From positions 280-62,348 of the forward strand of contig CAZSVQ010000001.1 in NCBI GenBank assembly GCA_964610345.1: 62,069 nt of DNA, given 5' to 3'. The number at the start of each line of letters is the position of its first letter. Positions within the stretch are counted from its first letter, which is position 1. This document shows positions 38,131 to 47,118 of this stretch, one piece after another. A model generated the notes under the pieces. That model searched no databases and was not told the DNA's origin. It saw only the letters and a list, made by a program, of their open reading frames with translations. Origin of the DNA: an uncultured Candidatus Saccharibacteria bacterium. Its GTDB lineage: Bacteria; Patescibacteriota; Saccharimonadia; Saccharimonadales; JAGQNJ01. The position numbers were made by a program, and so were the translations under genes.

Positions 38131-39138
38131 ATGCAACAGGAGCCACGCAAAAGATCATGGAATGCTGACATTGTTAATGTTCGGCGAACGTATAGCTCTA
38201 AGCCACAGACTGTTGACAGGGTGAGTATTCCAGTTAGCACCGAAAAACCAACCTCTGCTATTGGCCACTCTGCACTAAAAGCCGTAACCGAGCAAAAAAT
38301 CACCACCAAACATAGAGAAATAAAGCAGGTAGAAGATGTTGACGAGGCAACCTTGGCTGATGTATCTAAAAAGATGTATAGGCCAAATTACTACAAGCAT
38401 TCTCACAAAATACCGATGATGGATCATGTTGGCGAGCTCCGTAGGCGTGCATTATATTGTTTGATAGCACTATTTATTGGCGGAATAATTGGTTATAAGT
38501 TCCAAGACCAAATTATCGCTTGGTTGGTTAAGCCACTCGGTCAACAATTGTTTTACACCAGTCCAACTGGCGGGTTTGATTTTTTAATTAAAATTTGTTT
38601 GTTTTTTGGATTTATTTTGGCTGTGCCAGTGATAATTTATAACTTGTTTAAGTTTATCTCTCCGGCGATTCCGCCTCATGTTACTTATAGCTTTGCAAAA
38701 ATAATTTCTGTTTCTATAGTGCTGGCACTCGCTGGCGTGGCGTTTGCATATTTTGTGAGTTTGCCATCGGCACTTCACTTTTTGAATAATTTTAGCAATG
38801 ACCAAGTCTCGTCATTGATTAGTGCTCAAGAATATTTTAACTTTGTGATGATTTATATGGCCGGCTTTGCCTTGTTGTTCCAGATGCCGTTAGTCTTTTC
38901 TTTTATCAACAAAGTCAAGCCACTTAAACCCTCGCAGTTACTAAAAAAACAAAAAGTTGTTATTTTGGTAAGTTTTATTATCGCAGCAATGTTAACACCA
39001 ACACCAGACCCAATTAATCAAGCCTTAATGGCGGCGCCAATAATTGCTTTATACCAAACTTCAATTGGGGTGGTTTGGCGCGATAACAAACGCGGTTATG
39101 GCAAGCAACAGCGTAACCGGCAACTAGAATTTGCTTAA
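38131..39138 (+). CDS. tatC: Twin-arginine translocase subunit TatC (start uncertain; possible ~95 aa N-terminal extension)
   Basis: The core begins MMDHVGELRRRALYCLIALFIGG and has six TM helices. Alternative starts are at 38374, 38416 and 38419. Confidence 0.8.
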   Translation: MQQEPRKRSWNADIVNVRRTYSSKPQTVDRVSIPVSTEKPTSAIGHSALKAVTEQKITTKHREIKQVEDVDEATLADVSKKMYRPNYYKHSHKIPMMDHVGELRRRALYCLIALFIGGIIGYKFQDQIIAWLVKPLGQQLFYTSPTGGFDFLIKICLFFGFILAVPVIIYNLFKFISPAIPPHVTYSFAKIISVSIVLALAGVAFAYFVSLPSALHFLNNFSNDQVSSLISAQEYFNFVMIYMAGFALLFQMPLVFSFINKVKPLKPSQLLKKQKVVILVSFIIAAMLTPTPDPINQALMAAPIIALYQTSIGVVWRDNKRGYGKQQRNRQLEFA

Positions 39139-39144
39139 ACCAAG

Positions 39145-40764
39145 TTAAGCAGTCAGCATAGTAAACTCAGCAACAGTTTGTTCGTTTGGCTCGGAGTTGA
39201 TTGAAATGGTGCCGTTGATTTTGTCCAGCAGTTGTTTATCTATAAATAGGCTTAGGCCTAAACCATCATGATTATAGGTCAAAACATCTTCGCCAGTAGA
39301 AAAAGGTTTAAATAATAATTGAATATTTTCGGGCTTGATGCCAACACCATTATCAGTAATTTTTACCGTTATTTTATGGCTATTTTCAATTACAGAGATG
39401 TCAATATTGCCACCTTCTTTGCTGAAGTCAGCAGCGTTTTCTAGTAAGCTGTTTAAAATAAATGAAAATTCAGTTGCGTGAATTACCGATTTAGGCCCTA
39501 CTTTTATATCGCTTGAAACGTTGAGTTTTTTGACTTCAATAACTGATTGGTTGTTAGCTATTACTCCTGTAACAAGAGCAGAAATCGAGACCGTGCTGGC
39601 GGGTAAAGTGGCAGAAAATAGCAACTGCATCCGTTCCGACAATCTACCAAGCATAGTCAAGCTACTAGTTAAAAGTGACCTAACTTGCTGATTGGTTATT
39701 TGCTGGGCACCAGTTTGCATAGCCAAAGTAATTGATTGCAATGAGGTACCAAGCGAACGTATTATCCGGAGTCGTTTGTCTTCTAGTTCGACTGTGGCTT
39801 TTTGAATACTAACTATAACCGTGCGACGTTTATGGGTAAGGCGATTAAGCCTCAGGGCATTGGCAAAAATAAAGACGACCATAATGGCTATAACTATTTG
39901 GTATATAAAATAAGCAGATTTTGTTTCTATGCCAGTTTGAAGCAAGACCCAGTTTACGAACATACCACTTACTATTGCTAGCGAGATTGGTAAAATGAAG
40001 TACCATTTTGTAATAAAGTCTTTTAAACCAACTTTTTTAACATCATTGAGGCTAAGGAATAAACTATTGTCGGAATCATTAATAACTTCCATAGCAGCAT
40101 AATCAATTGTAGTGGCTAAATCCAGGACGGTTGGTTTTAAAGTACTAATGGCAGTGGGTTCTGGAGGTTGAGCTTTTTCGAGCAATTCTATACTACTTTT
40201 TGAGGTTGCCAAAGGTGTGTTGAGGTGGTGAAGAACCAGACGCATAAAACTTTTTTGCTCGGCTAACTTGGCTTGGAGCTTTTTAATTAACAGTAGGATT
40301 TTGTTGATTTTGTGCTTGTCTAGCATTGCCTGCAGTAGTAATATTAGAGCTAATAATGCTAGTAATAGCCAGCTATAAAATGGTAACTGGCGTTTTTGCG
40401 CTTCTGGCAAATCATTAATTAGATTAATTAATGGATTTAAAAATGAGAAGCCCTTTACTGGTTGTGCTATTTGGTTTGGTGAAGCAGATTGCTTAGGCCT
40501 AGTCGGAGGTGTTGGTGTAGTATTATTTACAGGTTGTGGAGGTGGGTCTGGATCTTCTGGTGGTTGGGGAGGCTCTGGCGGTTCTGGTGGCTGAGGGGTG
40601 GTTGGGCAGGCTTGGCCATAAGCACACTGGCCATAAGCATCTTGCCCAAATTGGGCAAAGGTAGTTGATGTTGTTGCTAAAAATACCAATGTTGTAACTA
40701 CCAAAAACATCAACAGATTTAGCAGAGATTTGTTTATGGCTTTAAAGCTAATGAATATTTGCAT
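39145..40764 (-). CDS. Orphan sensor histidine kinase with Pro-rich extracytoplasmic N-terminus
   Basis: I placed the start at the internal Met (MQIFISFKAINKSLLNLLMFLVV...) because the longer ORF, which runs to 40827, would abut tatA (starting 40830) with no room for a promoter. It has an H-box (LVLHHLNTPLA) and HATPase_c N/G boxes (LENAADFS, DNGVGI, GLGLS). Confidence 0.7.
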   Translation of the reverse strand: MQIFISFKAINKSLLNLLMFLVVTTLVFLATTSTTFAQFGQDAYGQCAYGQACPTTPQPPEPPEPPQPPEDPDPPPQPVNNTTPTPPTRPKQSASPNQIAQPVKGFSFLNPLINLINDLPEAQKRQLPFYSWLLLALLALILLLQAMLDKHKINKILLLIKKLQAKLAEQKSFMRLVLHHLNTPLATSKSSIELLEKAQPPEPTAISTLKPTVLDLATTIDYAAMEVINDSDNSLFLSLNDVKKVGLKDFITKWYFILPISLAIVSGMFVNWVLLQTGIETKSAYFIYQIVIAIMVVFIFANALRLNRLTHKRRTVIVSIQKATVELEDKRLRIIRSLGTSLQSITLAMQTGAQQITNQQVRSLLTSSLTMLGRLSERMQLLFSATLPASTVSISALVTGVIANNQSVIEVKKLNVSSDIKVGPKSVIHATEFSFILNSLLENAADFSKEGGNIDISVIENSHKITVKITDNGVGIKPENIQLLFKPFSTGEDVLTYNHDGLGLSLFIDKQLLDKINGTISINSEPNEQTVAEFTMLTA

Positions 40765-40829
40765 GGTTTGTTTTTTTGAGTTATGCTTAACAGTATAAAC
40801 TAAATGAAGAAGAGAGGGAATATTCATAT

Positions 40830-41003
40830 ATGTTTGGTTTAGGCGTACCAGAACTATTAATCATCTTATTGATTCTTTTGCTTTTGTTTGGAGCCAGCCG
40901 CTTACCAAAGTTGTCTAAGTCGCTTGGTGAATCAGCACGAGAACTCCGTAAAGGGCTAAACGACGACCCACACGGCAAAGACGATTCAAAAGAAAAAAGC
41001 TAA
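40830..41003 (+). CDS. tatA: Twin-arginine translocase subunit TatA/E (57 aa, below the ORF-track cutoff)
   Basis: Translated by hand: MFGLGVPELLIILLILLLLFGASRLPKLSKSLGESARELRKGLNDDPHGKDDSKEKS. This is the canonical TatA TM, hinge and amphipathic helix. Confidence 0.85.
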   Translation: MFGLGVPELLIILLILLLLFGASRLPKLSKSLGESARELRKGLNDDPHGKDDSKEKS

Positions 41004-41035
41004 TATAGATTAGCTAAGAAACACTGGGGGAGGGA

Positions 41036-41368
41036 GTGGCTTACACACCAAAAGTTTTATTTGCGACAGGCTATCCGTCGACAACTGGTACGGTATTGTA
41101 TACTGTGCCAGTCGGCGCTAGTGCTATTGTAAAAAATGTTGTTATGACTAATACTACCAGCGTTGATGCTTGGGTGCATCTTTCTGTTGTTCCTCAAGGT
41201 GATTCCTCGCAAGCATCGAACCGTATTCTGGCGGCATACAACGTCCCACCTAATGGTATTTCTACTTTAGATTGTAGTATTGTCGTACCGTCTCAAAGCT
41301 ATTTACACGCTACTAATGGAACTAATAATGCTGTTACCATGACAATTTCTGGAGTGGAGATAACCTAA
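41036..41368 (+). CDS. Small beta-rich protein, first gene of the fibre-like operon (GTG start)
   Basis: 110 aa after the [13 protein letters not shown]. Alternating beta-strand pattern (TVLYTVPVGASAIVKNVVMTN...VTMTISGVEIT). No signal peptide. Confidence 0.55.
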   Translation: MAYTPKVLFATGYPSTTGTVLYTVPVGASAIVKNVVMTNTTSVDAWVHLSVVPQGDSSQASNRILAAYNVPPNGISTLDCSIVVPSQSYLHATNGTNNAVTMTISGVEIT

Positions 41369-41369
41369 T

Positions 41370-41864
41370 ATGGCCGTCAATAGTAGTTTAAATGCGGTTG
41401 ATCCAAGGCCAGTTGTCAGGCGATTGATTGGGCAAGTTAGTGGCTTATCTACTAGTGGCGCAAACTATAGCCCTAATAATCAGATGGGCGGTGAAATCAC
41501 ATTTGCCATGGCTACTAGGGCTTCAGGAGGCTACGGCACAGTAACTACGGCTACAATAATAGATACGGCAAATGTTATCGGCGCGGTAGATTTACATTTG
41601 TTTAGCTCTAGCATTACACCTGCTAATGATAAATCTGCAACCAATTTTTCAGACAGTGCTATGACTCAAAATTATATGGGTACAATATCTTTTCCAGCAC
41701 CAACATCGTTTACTAATAATCGCGGAATCAGCCTATCGGCGATAGGGCTAACGTATAATTGTACATCAACAATTTTATATGGATACCTAACGACACTAAC
41801 ACAACACGGTATCTTTAATTCCGCAACTGACATAACTATCAGCTTAACTACATACCAGTACTAA
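41370..41864 (+). CDS. Beta-rich hypothetical protein (164 aa)
   Basis: Starts 1 nt after the upstream stop. No signal peptide and no recognised family. Confidence 0.5.
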   Translation: MAVNSSLNAVDPRPVVRRLIGQVSGLSTSGANYSPNNQMGGEITFAMATRASGGYGTVTTATIIDTANVIGAVDLHLFSSSITPANDKSATNFSDSAMTQNYMGTISFPAPTSFTNNRGISLSAIGLTYNCTSTILYGYLTTLTQHGIFNSATDITISLTTYQY

Positions 41865-41866
41865 TC

Positions 41867-43093
41867 ATGGCGCTTAATAATAATCTGCCTATTTTACCTC
41901 TAAGACCAAGCGATGCCAACTCTCAGTTTCTTGCTAAAAATCTTATCTTGGCGTATCCAATGCTCTACGGGGGTAATACTCTTAAGAACTATGGATCATT
42001 AGGCGCCCAGGCAGATCTTAACTTAAGTAATGTCAGTAGGGTTCGTCAGAACGGCATAACGAGCCTGTCATTTAACGGAACTTCATCAATAGCGAGCAAT
42101 GCAACCATAAATATGACTGTGCCCCAAAAATGGTCATTCGCTTATTGGGTAAAATTTAATGGTTCGCCTTCGGCAGAGACTAGTTTGTTGACGCTACAGG
42201 GCCCAACTGAAGGGCATTTGCGGGCATGGGCAGATGGTCAAGGTATTTGGGCTTGGCAAAAGCATTCTATCGCCGATGCTTATTCTATTTTGCCAACTAG
42301 TGACTTCCCCACAAACAATACTATGTTAGTTATAGCAGTTTATGACGACCCATTATTGCCACCTGCTCAACTACGAACAAATCAAGGATTAACAAATCAT
42401 CCTTCACAACCGCAATCTTATACAGTTTTTAACGAAGCAACTGGGTCTCCTCTGACTACCGTAAATAGTATATATATTGGTGGCGGGCCTGGTAATTCAA
42501 AATTATTTAATGGTGTTCTGGGACCGGTTTATGTTTGGAGCCGGCCTTTATCTGAGTCAGAGATCTGGCAACTATGGCAGGACCCTTATGCACCGTTTAG
42601 GCGAAATACAGAACAATTAGTTACTCCATCTACTATGGTCAGTTCACAAGGCTCGAGCTTGCAGGGTATCGGTAAATCTACCGGATCATCACCCGTTATA
42701 TCTGATAATTCAGCTTTAGTTATTGGAATTGATGATAATTTAGTAGAACGCAACTATGTAAATGATGGAACTTCTTTAATCAATAGATTCAATGATGATC
42801 TCTACATAAACGATTACTATAATTACCAGGATGTTGCATTAGACTCACTTATGACTGAGTTGACTACACCACCAGAGATTAATATTGTAGATGATTATAG
42901 CTATGCAAATATTCCAAATGACCAGGTCATTGTTAATTCATCAAACATTGGGATAATTGATATTCAAGATAGTTTTCAGTTTGTTTCTGTTCCGACAGAT
43001 TCAGTACTTGTAGAATCTAGTGGAGTATCTACTGTAAGCATAAATGACGATGTGGCATATGTTTCAGAGCCTGGAGAGCAGATAATTATATAA
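41867..43093 (+). CDS. LamG (concanavalin-like lectin) domain protein with an acidic repeat C-terminus
   Basis: WSFAYWVKFNG...LFNGVLGPVYVWSRPLSESEIWQLW is typical of Laminin_G_3. The C-terminus has about three ~20 aa I/V-x-D-rich repeats. Confidence 0.6.
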   Translation: MALNNNLPILPLRPSDANSQFLAKNLILAYPMLYGGNTLKNYGSLGAQADLNLSNVSRVRQNGITSLSFNGTSSIASNATINMTVPQKWSFAYWVKFNGSPSAETSLLTLQGPTEGHLRAWADGQGIWAWQKHSIADAYSILPTSDFPTNNTMLVIAVYDDPLLPPAQLRTNQGLTNHPSQPQSYTVFNEATGSPLTTVNSIYIGGGPGNSKLFNGVLGPVYVWSRPLSESEIWQLWQDPYAPFRRNTEQLVTPSTMVSSQGSSLQGIGKSTGSSPVISDNSALVIGIDDNLVERNYVNDGTSLINRFNDDLYINDYYNYQDVALDSLMTELTTPPEINIVDDYSYANIPNDQVIVNSSNIGIIDIQDSFQFVSVPTDSVLVESSGVSTVSINDDVAYVSEPGEQIII

Positions 43094-43117
43094 AATAGGG
43101 TAAAATAGACGTAAGCA

Positions 43118-44515
43118 ATGAGCCAACAAATACTAAATGACTATATGCCTAACAAGCAAAATGTAGCCGGATTAAAGGGTAGTGTTACTGTGCAGTTATT
43201 TGATGCAAAGTCTAAAAAAGTCCTAGTAGATTATACTAGCGATAACTTTATAGCAAATTTTGCTAAGGAGTATTTTGCTTACCTTGAAAGAGTTAATTTT
43301 AATAGTCAAATGAATAGTTTGTCTCCAAATAGTAATTCTGACATAGCGCCTTATAGTTCTTCGCTAACTGCATTGGTGTTGTCTGATTGTGCAGATAGTC
43401 CTGATCCAGATAACGAATGGATGCTTGCCGGCAATTTGGTTGGCTATTCTACGAAAGCAAATTATTCTGGTGCAGACACAATGCGAGGTACACCTAATGG
43501 GCAATTCTGTGAAACTTCTACTACATCAACTAAGTGGGTTTTTGACTGGCCAACACATTCAGCAAATGGAACAATCAAGTCCATAAGTTGGATGGCAGAA
43601 AATTATCAGGCTTTTTCAAACAATGGCAACGGAAGAGTCCTTAATCTGCCCACAGTTTTAAATAATGGCTCAACTTTGTTAAAGCATAGGGTTGCTCCTT
43701 TTAGCAATAATCAACCAATTTCGCTCATCTCAAACAATCGTCTTGCAACTGGTCAAGGAACTACCGTAAGTGTGTTTGAAGAAAACAATACACCAGTTAC
43801 AACCTTTACTACAATAAGTTGCAGTGGATTAACGTGGGATAAAATAAATGAAAAATTATGGGTAATTAGTGGCAATCAAATTGCATCATACACCCAATCT
43901 GGTTCGATAGTCGATAGTCCTATAAGTATTACACCTAGATCTTATCGGGGCTTAACTTTTGATGGTACTGACCTGTGGACAATAGCAAGTGGTGTTGTAT
44001 ATAGAATATCTCTAGCTGGAGTAGATGTTTCAAGTTTTACACCTAGCTTCGGTACATTAGGAAATTCTAATACATATATAGGAGATGTAGTTTGGGATAA
44101 TTTTAGGTCGGTGTTAATAGTTTTAGCTATTGGCTATAGTTCTTGGAGGTATGGTTTTGGATATGCAACTAATCATGATTATGTTCTTTGCACTCAACAC
44201 TATAATAAAACGGGGGTGGTTTTATCTATGGGAACTTGTATTAACCCTTGGAATGGAAGTAGGAATATATTCACCTTGAACGCAGGGACAGATAGCGGTT
44301 ATGGGGGATCTGCTAGTGATGTGTATAGATATTTTGACATAAAAAGTCCAGATACATTTGCGGTTACTGTGTATTCCGGATCTTTATATCCAACAGGTAA
44401 TCGTATAATGGATATCCGTGCCGATGGCATGGGCTCACGTATTTTATTGCCAAGCCCAATTACTAAAACAAGTGCTCACACGTTCAGGGTTTCTTATACT
44501 CTTACTTATGCCTAA
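43118..44515 (+). CDS. Fibre/adhesin-like paralog A (conserved N- and C-terminal blocks, central propeller-like repeats)
   Basis: Shares KGS(V/I)TV.LF.AK, TKWVFDWPTHSANGTI, LWVISG.QIASY, RSYRGLT(F/Y)DG.DLW and DG(M/L)G...LLPSP(I/V)TK with the next two genes. Confidence 0.6.
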   Translation: MSQQILNDYMPNKQNVAGLKGSVTVQLFDAKSKKVLVDYTSDNFIANFAKEYFAYLERVNFNSQMNSLSPNSNSDIAPYSSSLTALVLSDCADSPDPDNEWMLAGNLVGYSTKANYSGADTMRGTPNGQFCETSTTSTKWVFDWPTHSANGTIKSISWMAENYQAFSNNGNGRVLNLPTVLNNGSTLLKHRVAPFSNNQPISLISNNRLATGQGTTVSVFEENNTPVTTFTTISCSGLTWDKINEKLWVISGNQIASYTQSGSIVDSPISITPRSYRGLTFDGTDLWTIASGVVYRISLAGVDVSSFTPSFGTLGNSNTYIGDVVWDNFRSVLIVLAIGYSSWRYGFGYATNHDYVLCTQHYNKTGVVLSMGTCINPWNGSRNIFTLNAGTDSGYGGSASDVYRYFDIKSPDTFAVTVYSGSLYPTGNRIMDIRADGMGSRILLPSPITKTSAHTFRVSYTLTYA

Positions 44516-44573
44516 TAACCGAACATGTTTTAAACATAATAAATAAAAGTTATACTATTAAAGAATTAAATAT

Positions 44574-45827
44574 ATGTCACAAGATACATTAAATATAACA
44601 AATTTGATAAACAAAATTAAAGGCAGTATTACTGTTGAATTATTTAATGCAAAAACCGGTAAATGTGTTTTAGTAAATAAAGACAATAATTTTATTGCCT
44701 TACCTGGTGTTGATTATTTACGATCCATTCAACGTATAAATTTTAAAAGTACTATGGAATCGTTATATGCGGGGAGTGATACAGATGTTTCTTTGACTAG
44801 TCCTTTCCAGGTTATTTCTCTTTCTACTAATGTTAGTGCTGTTGATCAATCTAAAGAAAGAATAATGCCAGGAATACCTGTAGGATATTCAAATAAAGCT
44901 ACATATTCTGGAAGCGATTCAATGCGGGGCACTCCTAATGGATTATTGTGTAGTACATCACCAACTTTTACAAAATGGGTTTTTGACTGGCCAACACATT
45001 CAGCAAATGGAACAATTGGATCAATTGGGTGGACTATTAACAACACTGCACATACAACACGAATAATAAATTCGTCAAATTTACCACAGTATCCAGCAGC
45101 AAATTCTATATACGTCGCAATTTTACCCCCAGATAAATTTATTGTTGGTAACGGAACAAATATCAAAATTTTTAACAAGGGTGATCTTTCGGAAATTGCT
45201 AATTTTACGGCTATTTCAGCAAATGGTTTAGCATGGGACTCAGCTAACAATAAAATTTGGGTTATAAGTGGCACTCAGATAGCATCGTATGATCAAACTG
45301 GTACTGTGGTAGACTCGCCCATTACAGTTGCCTCAAGATCTTATCGGGGCTTAACATATGATGGATCCGATTTATGGACAACCAATGGCTCAGTTTTGTA
45401 TAAGATTAGTACTTCAGGTACGGACATCAATTCTTATACTAATACTTTAACTACTGAATCTGGTAGCGGGTACGGACAATATATAACTGACGTCGCATGG
45501 GATAATAGAGCTCAGCAAATTCGTATTCTTCATGCTGCATTTAGGGGTGGTGGCTATAATGATTACTATCGTTTGGTGTCGTTAGGCGACATAACTGGCG
45601 GTACATTAGCTAATTATCATGTTGTATTTCCGATTATGTATGGTGGTAATCCCTATCGTTGTTTTGATATCGATCCAAATAATCAAGATATTTTGATACG
45701 TTTCAACAGTACTAATTTTGAAACTAGAGTAGTAGATGGGTTAGGTACATTAGTTTTATTGCCAAGCCCAGTAACAAAAAATAACACACAAACTTTGCGT
45801 GTTACCTATCAAATAGACTACAATTAA
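44574..45827 (+). CDS. Fibre/adhesin-like paralog B
   Basis: Same block structure as paralog A. 417 aa. No signal peptide. Confidence 0.6.
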   Translation: MSQDTLNITNLINKIKGSITVELFNAKTGKCVLVNKDNNFIALPGVDYLRSIQRINFKSTMESLYAGSDTDVSLTSPFQVISLSTNVSAVDQSKERIMPGIPVGYSNKATYSGSDSMRGTPNGLLCSTSPTFTKWVFDWPTHSANGTIGSIGWTINNTAHTTRIINSSNLPQYPAANSIYVAILPPDKFIVGNGTNIKIFNKGDLSEIANFTAISANGLAWDSANNKIWVISGTQIASYDQTGTVVDSPITVASRSYRGLTYDGSDLWTTNGSVLYKISTSGTDINSYTNTLTTESGSGYGQYITDVAWDNRAQQIRILHAAFRGGGYNDYYRLVSLGDITGGTLANYHVVFPIMYGGNPYRCFDIDPNNQDILIRFNSTNFETRVVDGLGTLVLLPSPVTKNNTQTLRVTYQIDYN

Positions 45828-45837
45828 GGTAAGTATT

Positions 45838-47106
45838 ATGAAAAATAATTATGCTAAACAATTTGAAGGAAAACTTTGGTTAGAGCTACGAAATGGAAAT
45901 ACAGGAAAAGTTGAAAATAAAATATCAGTAAAGAACTTTGCAGCTAATCAAACAAATGAATATGGTAAATGGCTGCAAAGGAACTCTTTTAAAACGGGAC
46001 TAAGTGCACTTGGTGTTACGGATACTGATTATTCACCACATCAAGCAGCCAACGCAATGGTATTAACTGATTCAACGCTAGTAGAAGATCCTTCGGGTGA
46101 ATGGTATATGCCTGGAAAAACTATAGGATACGCTATTAAAGCAACATATGCCGGAACGGATATTTGGCGAGGTACAGTAGCTACAACACAATTACAGGCA
46201 ACATCTGCATTAACAAAATGGACCTTCGATTGGCCTACACACGCAGGTAATGGGACAATTGGCTCTGTTGGGTGGGTTGATTCTCAATCGCAAGGATTAT
46301 CAGCAACAGAACCTATTTTTAGATCGACAATGACTATACTATCTGGGCACGGTAGCACAGGTAACTGGAATAATTTTGCGCGAGCCAATAGTTCAACAGC
46401 ATTTGGCAACACAGGCAACACAGTAATTTATGTATTAGATGGTTTAAGTTATGCACAAACTACAACATTCAATGTTAATGCACAATTTACGGCTGTTCGT
46501 GGCATTGCTTGGGACTCTGGCAATAACTTTCTTTGGGTGATCGGTGATAACAGTTCTGTCCGACGAATTGCTGCGTATAATTCATCTGGTGTATTGCAGA
46601 CAGGCCCTTTTGTGGTAACTACAAGGTCGTATATAAGGTTGGCGTATGATGGGTCAGCACTTTGGAGTATCACCCAAGATAGCGGTTCAAATCATACAGC
46701 CTGGAAGTTAAATACCTCAGACGGGTCAGATATGACTAACTTCCCTTTTGTTACAAATACATCTTCAGTTGTTTGCGGTTTAGCTTGGAATGATAATACA
46801 AATACACTTTGGATGCGCTATTCTGGTACAACGGGGTTTCAAGCTTGGGATACAAGTGGTAATAAAAAAGCAGTCGAGATATCTACAAGTGCATTTACAC
46901 CAAGTGCAGGCAATTATGCAAGTAATTTAAATTCTGGTTTAGATTTTGATTTTATTAATAGTTATGAAATTGCCGTTTCTCAAGCAACAAATACTGTCTA
47001 TAAGTGCCGATTAGATGGCATGGGTACGCGTGCTTTATTGCCAAGCCCTGTAACAAAAAATAACACACAAACTTTAAAATTAATCTACCAAATAAACTAT
47101 ACTTAA
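45838..47106 (+). CDS. Fibre/adhesin-like paralog C
   Basis: TKWTFDWPTHAGNGTI, LWVIGDNS, RSYIRLAYDGSALW and DGMGTRALLPSPVTKNNTQTLKLIYQINYT. Confidence 0.6.
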   Translation: MKNNYAKQFEGKLWLELRNGNTGKVENKISVKNFAANQTNEYGKWLQRNSFKTGLSALGVTDTDYSPHQAANAMVLTDSTLVEDPSGEWYMPGKTIGYAIKATYAGTDIWRGTVATTQLQATSALTKWTFDWPTHAGNGTIGSVGWVDSQSQGLSATEPIFRSTMTILSGHGSTGNWNNFARANSSTAFGNTGNTVIYVLDGLSYAQTTTFNVNAQFTAVRGIAWDSGNNFLWVIGDNSSVRRIAAYNSSGVLQTGPFVVTTRSYIRLAYDGSALWSITQDSGSNHTAWKLNTSDGSDMTNFPFVTNTSSVVCGLAWNDNTNTLWMRYSGTTGFQAWDTSGNKKAVEISTSAFTPSAGNYASNLNSGLDFDFINSYEIAVSQATNTVYKCRLDGMGTRALLPSPVTKNNTQTLKLIYQINYT

Positions 47107-47118
47107 TCGTATTGAGGG

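Noticed and set aside
40765-40827. Longer start (40827) for the histidine kinase as given in the ORF track
   Set aside because: The extra 21 codons (MNIPSLLHLVYTVKHNSKKQT) would bring the gene to within 2 nt of the divergent tatA start and add a non-signal-like extension in front of a good signal peptide. The internal Met at 40764 is more plausible.
41370-41480. VVRRLIGQVSGLS near the N-terminus of the 164-aa protein as a Tat signal
   Set aside because: The RR is not in an S/T-R-R-x-F-L context. The following segment is too polar (Gln, Ser, Thr, Gly) to be an h-region, and there is no AxA-like cleavage site.
43118-47106. Diversity-generating retroelement (DGR) targeting the three paralogs
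   Set aside because: The window has no reverse transcriptase and no template/variable repeat pair with adenine-specific mismatches. The shared blocks are short (20-42 nt) and perfectly identical rather than A-mutated.
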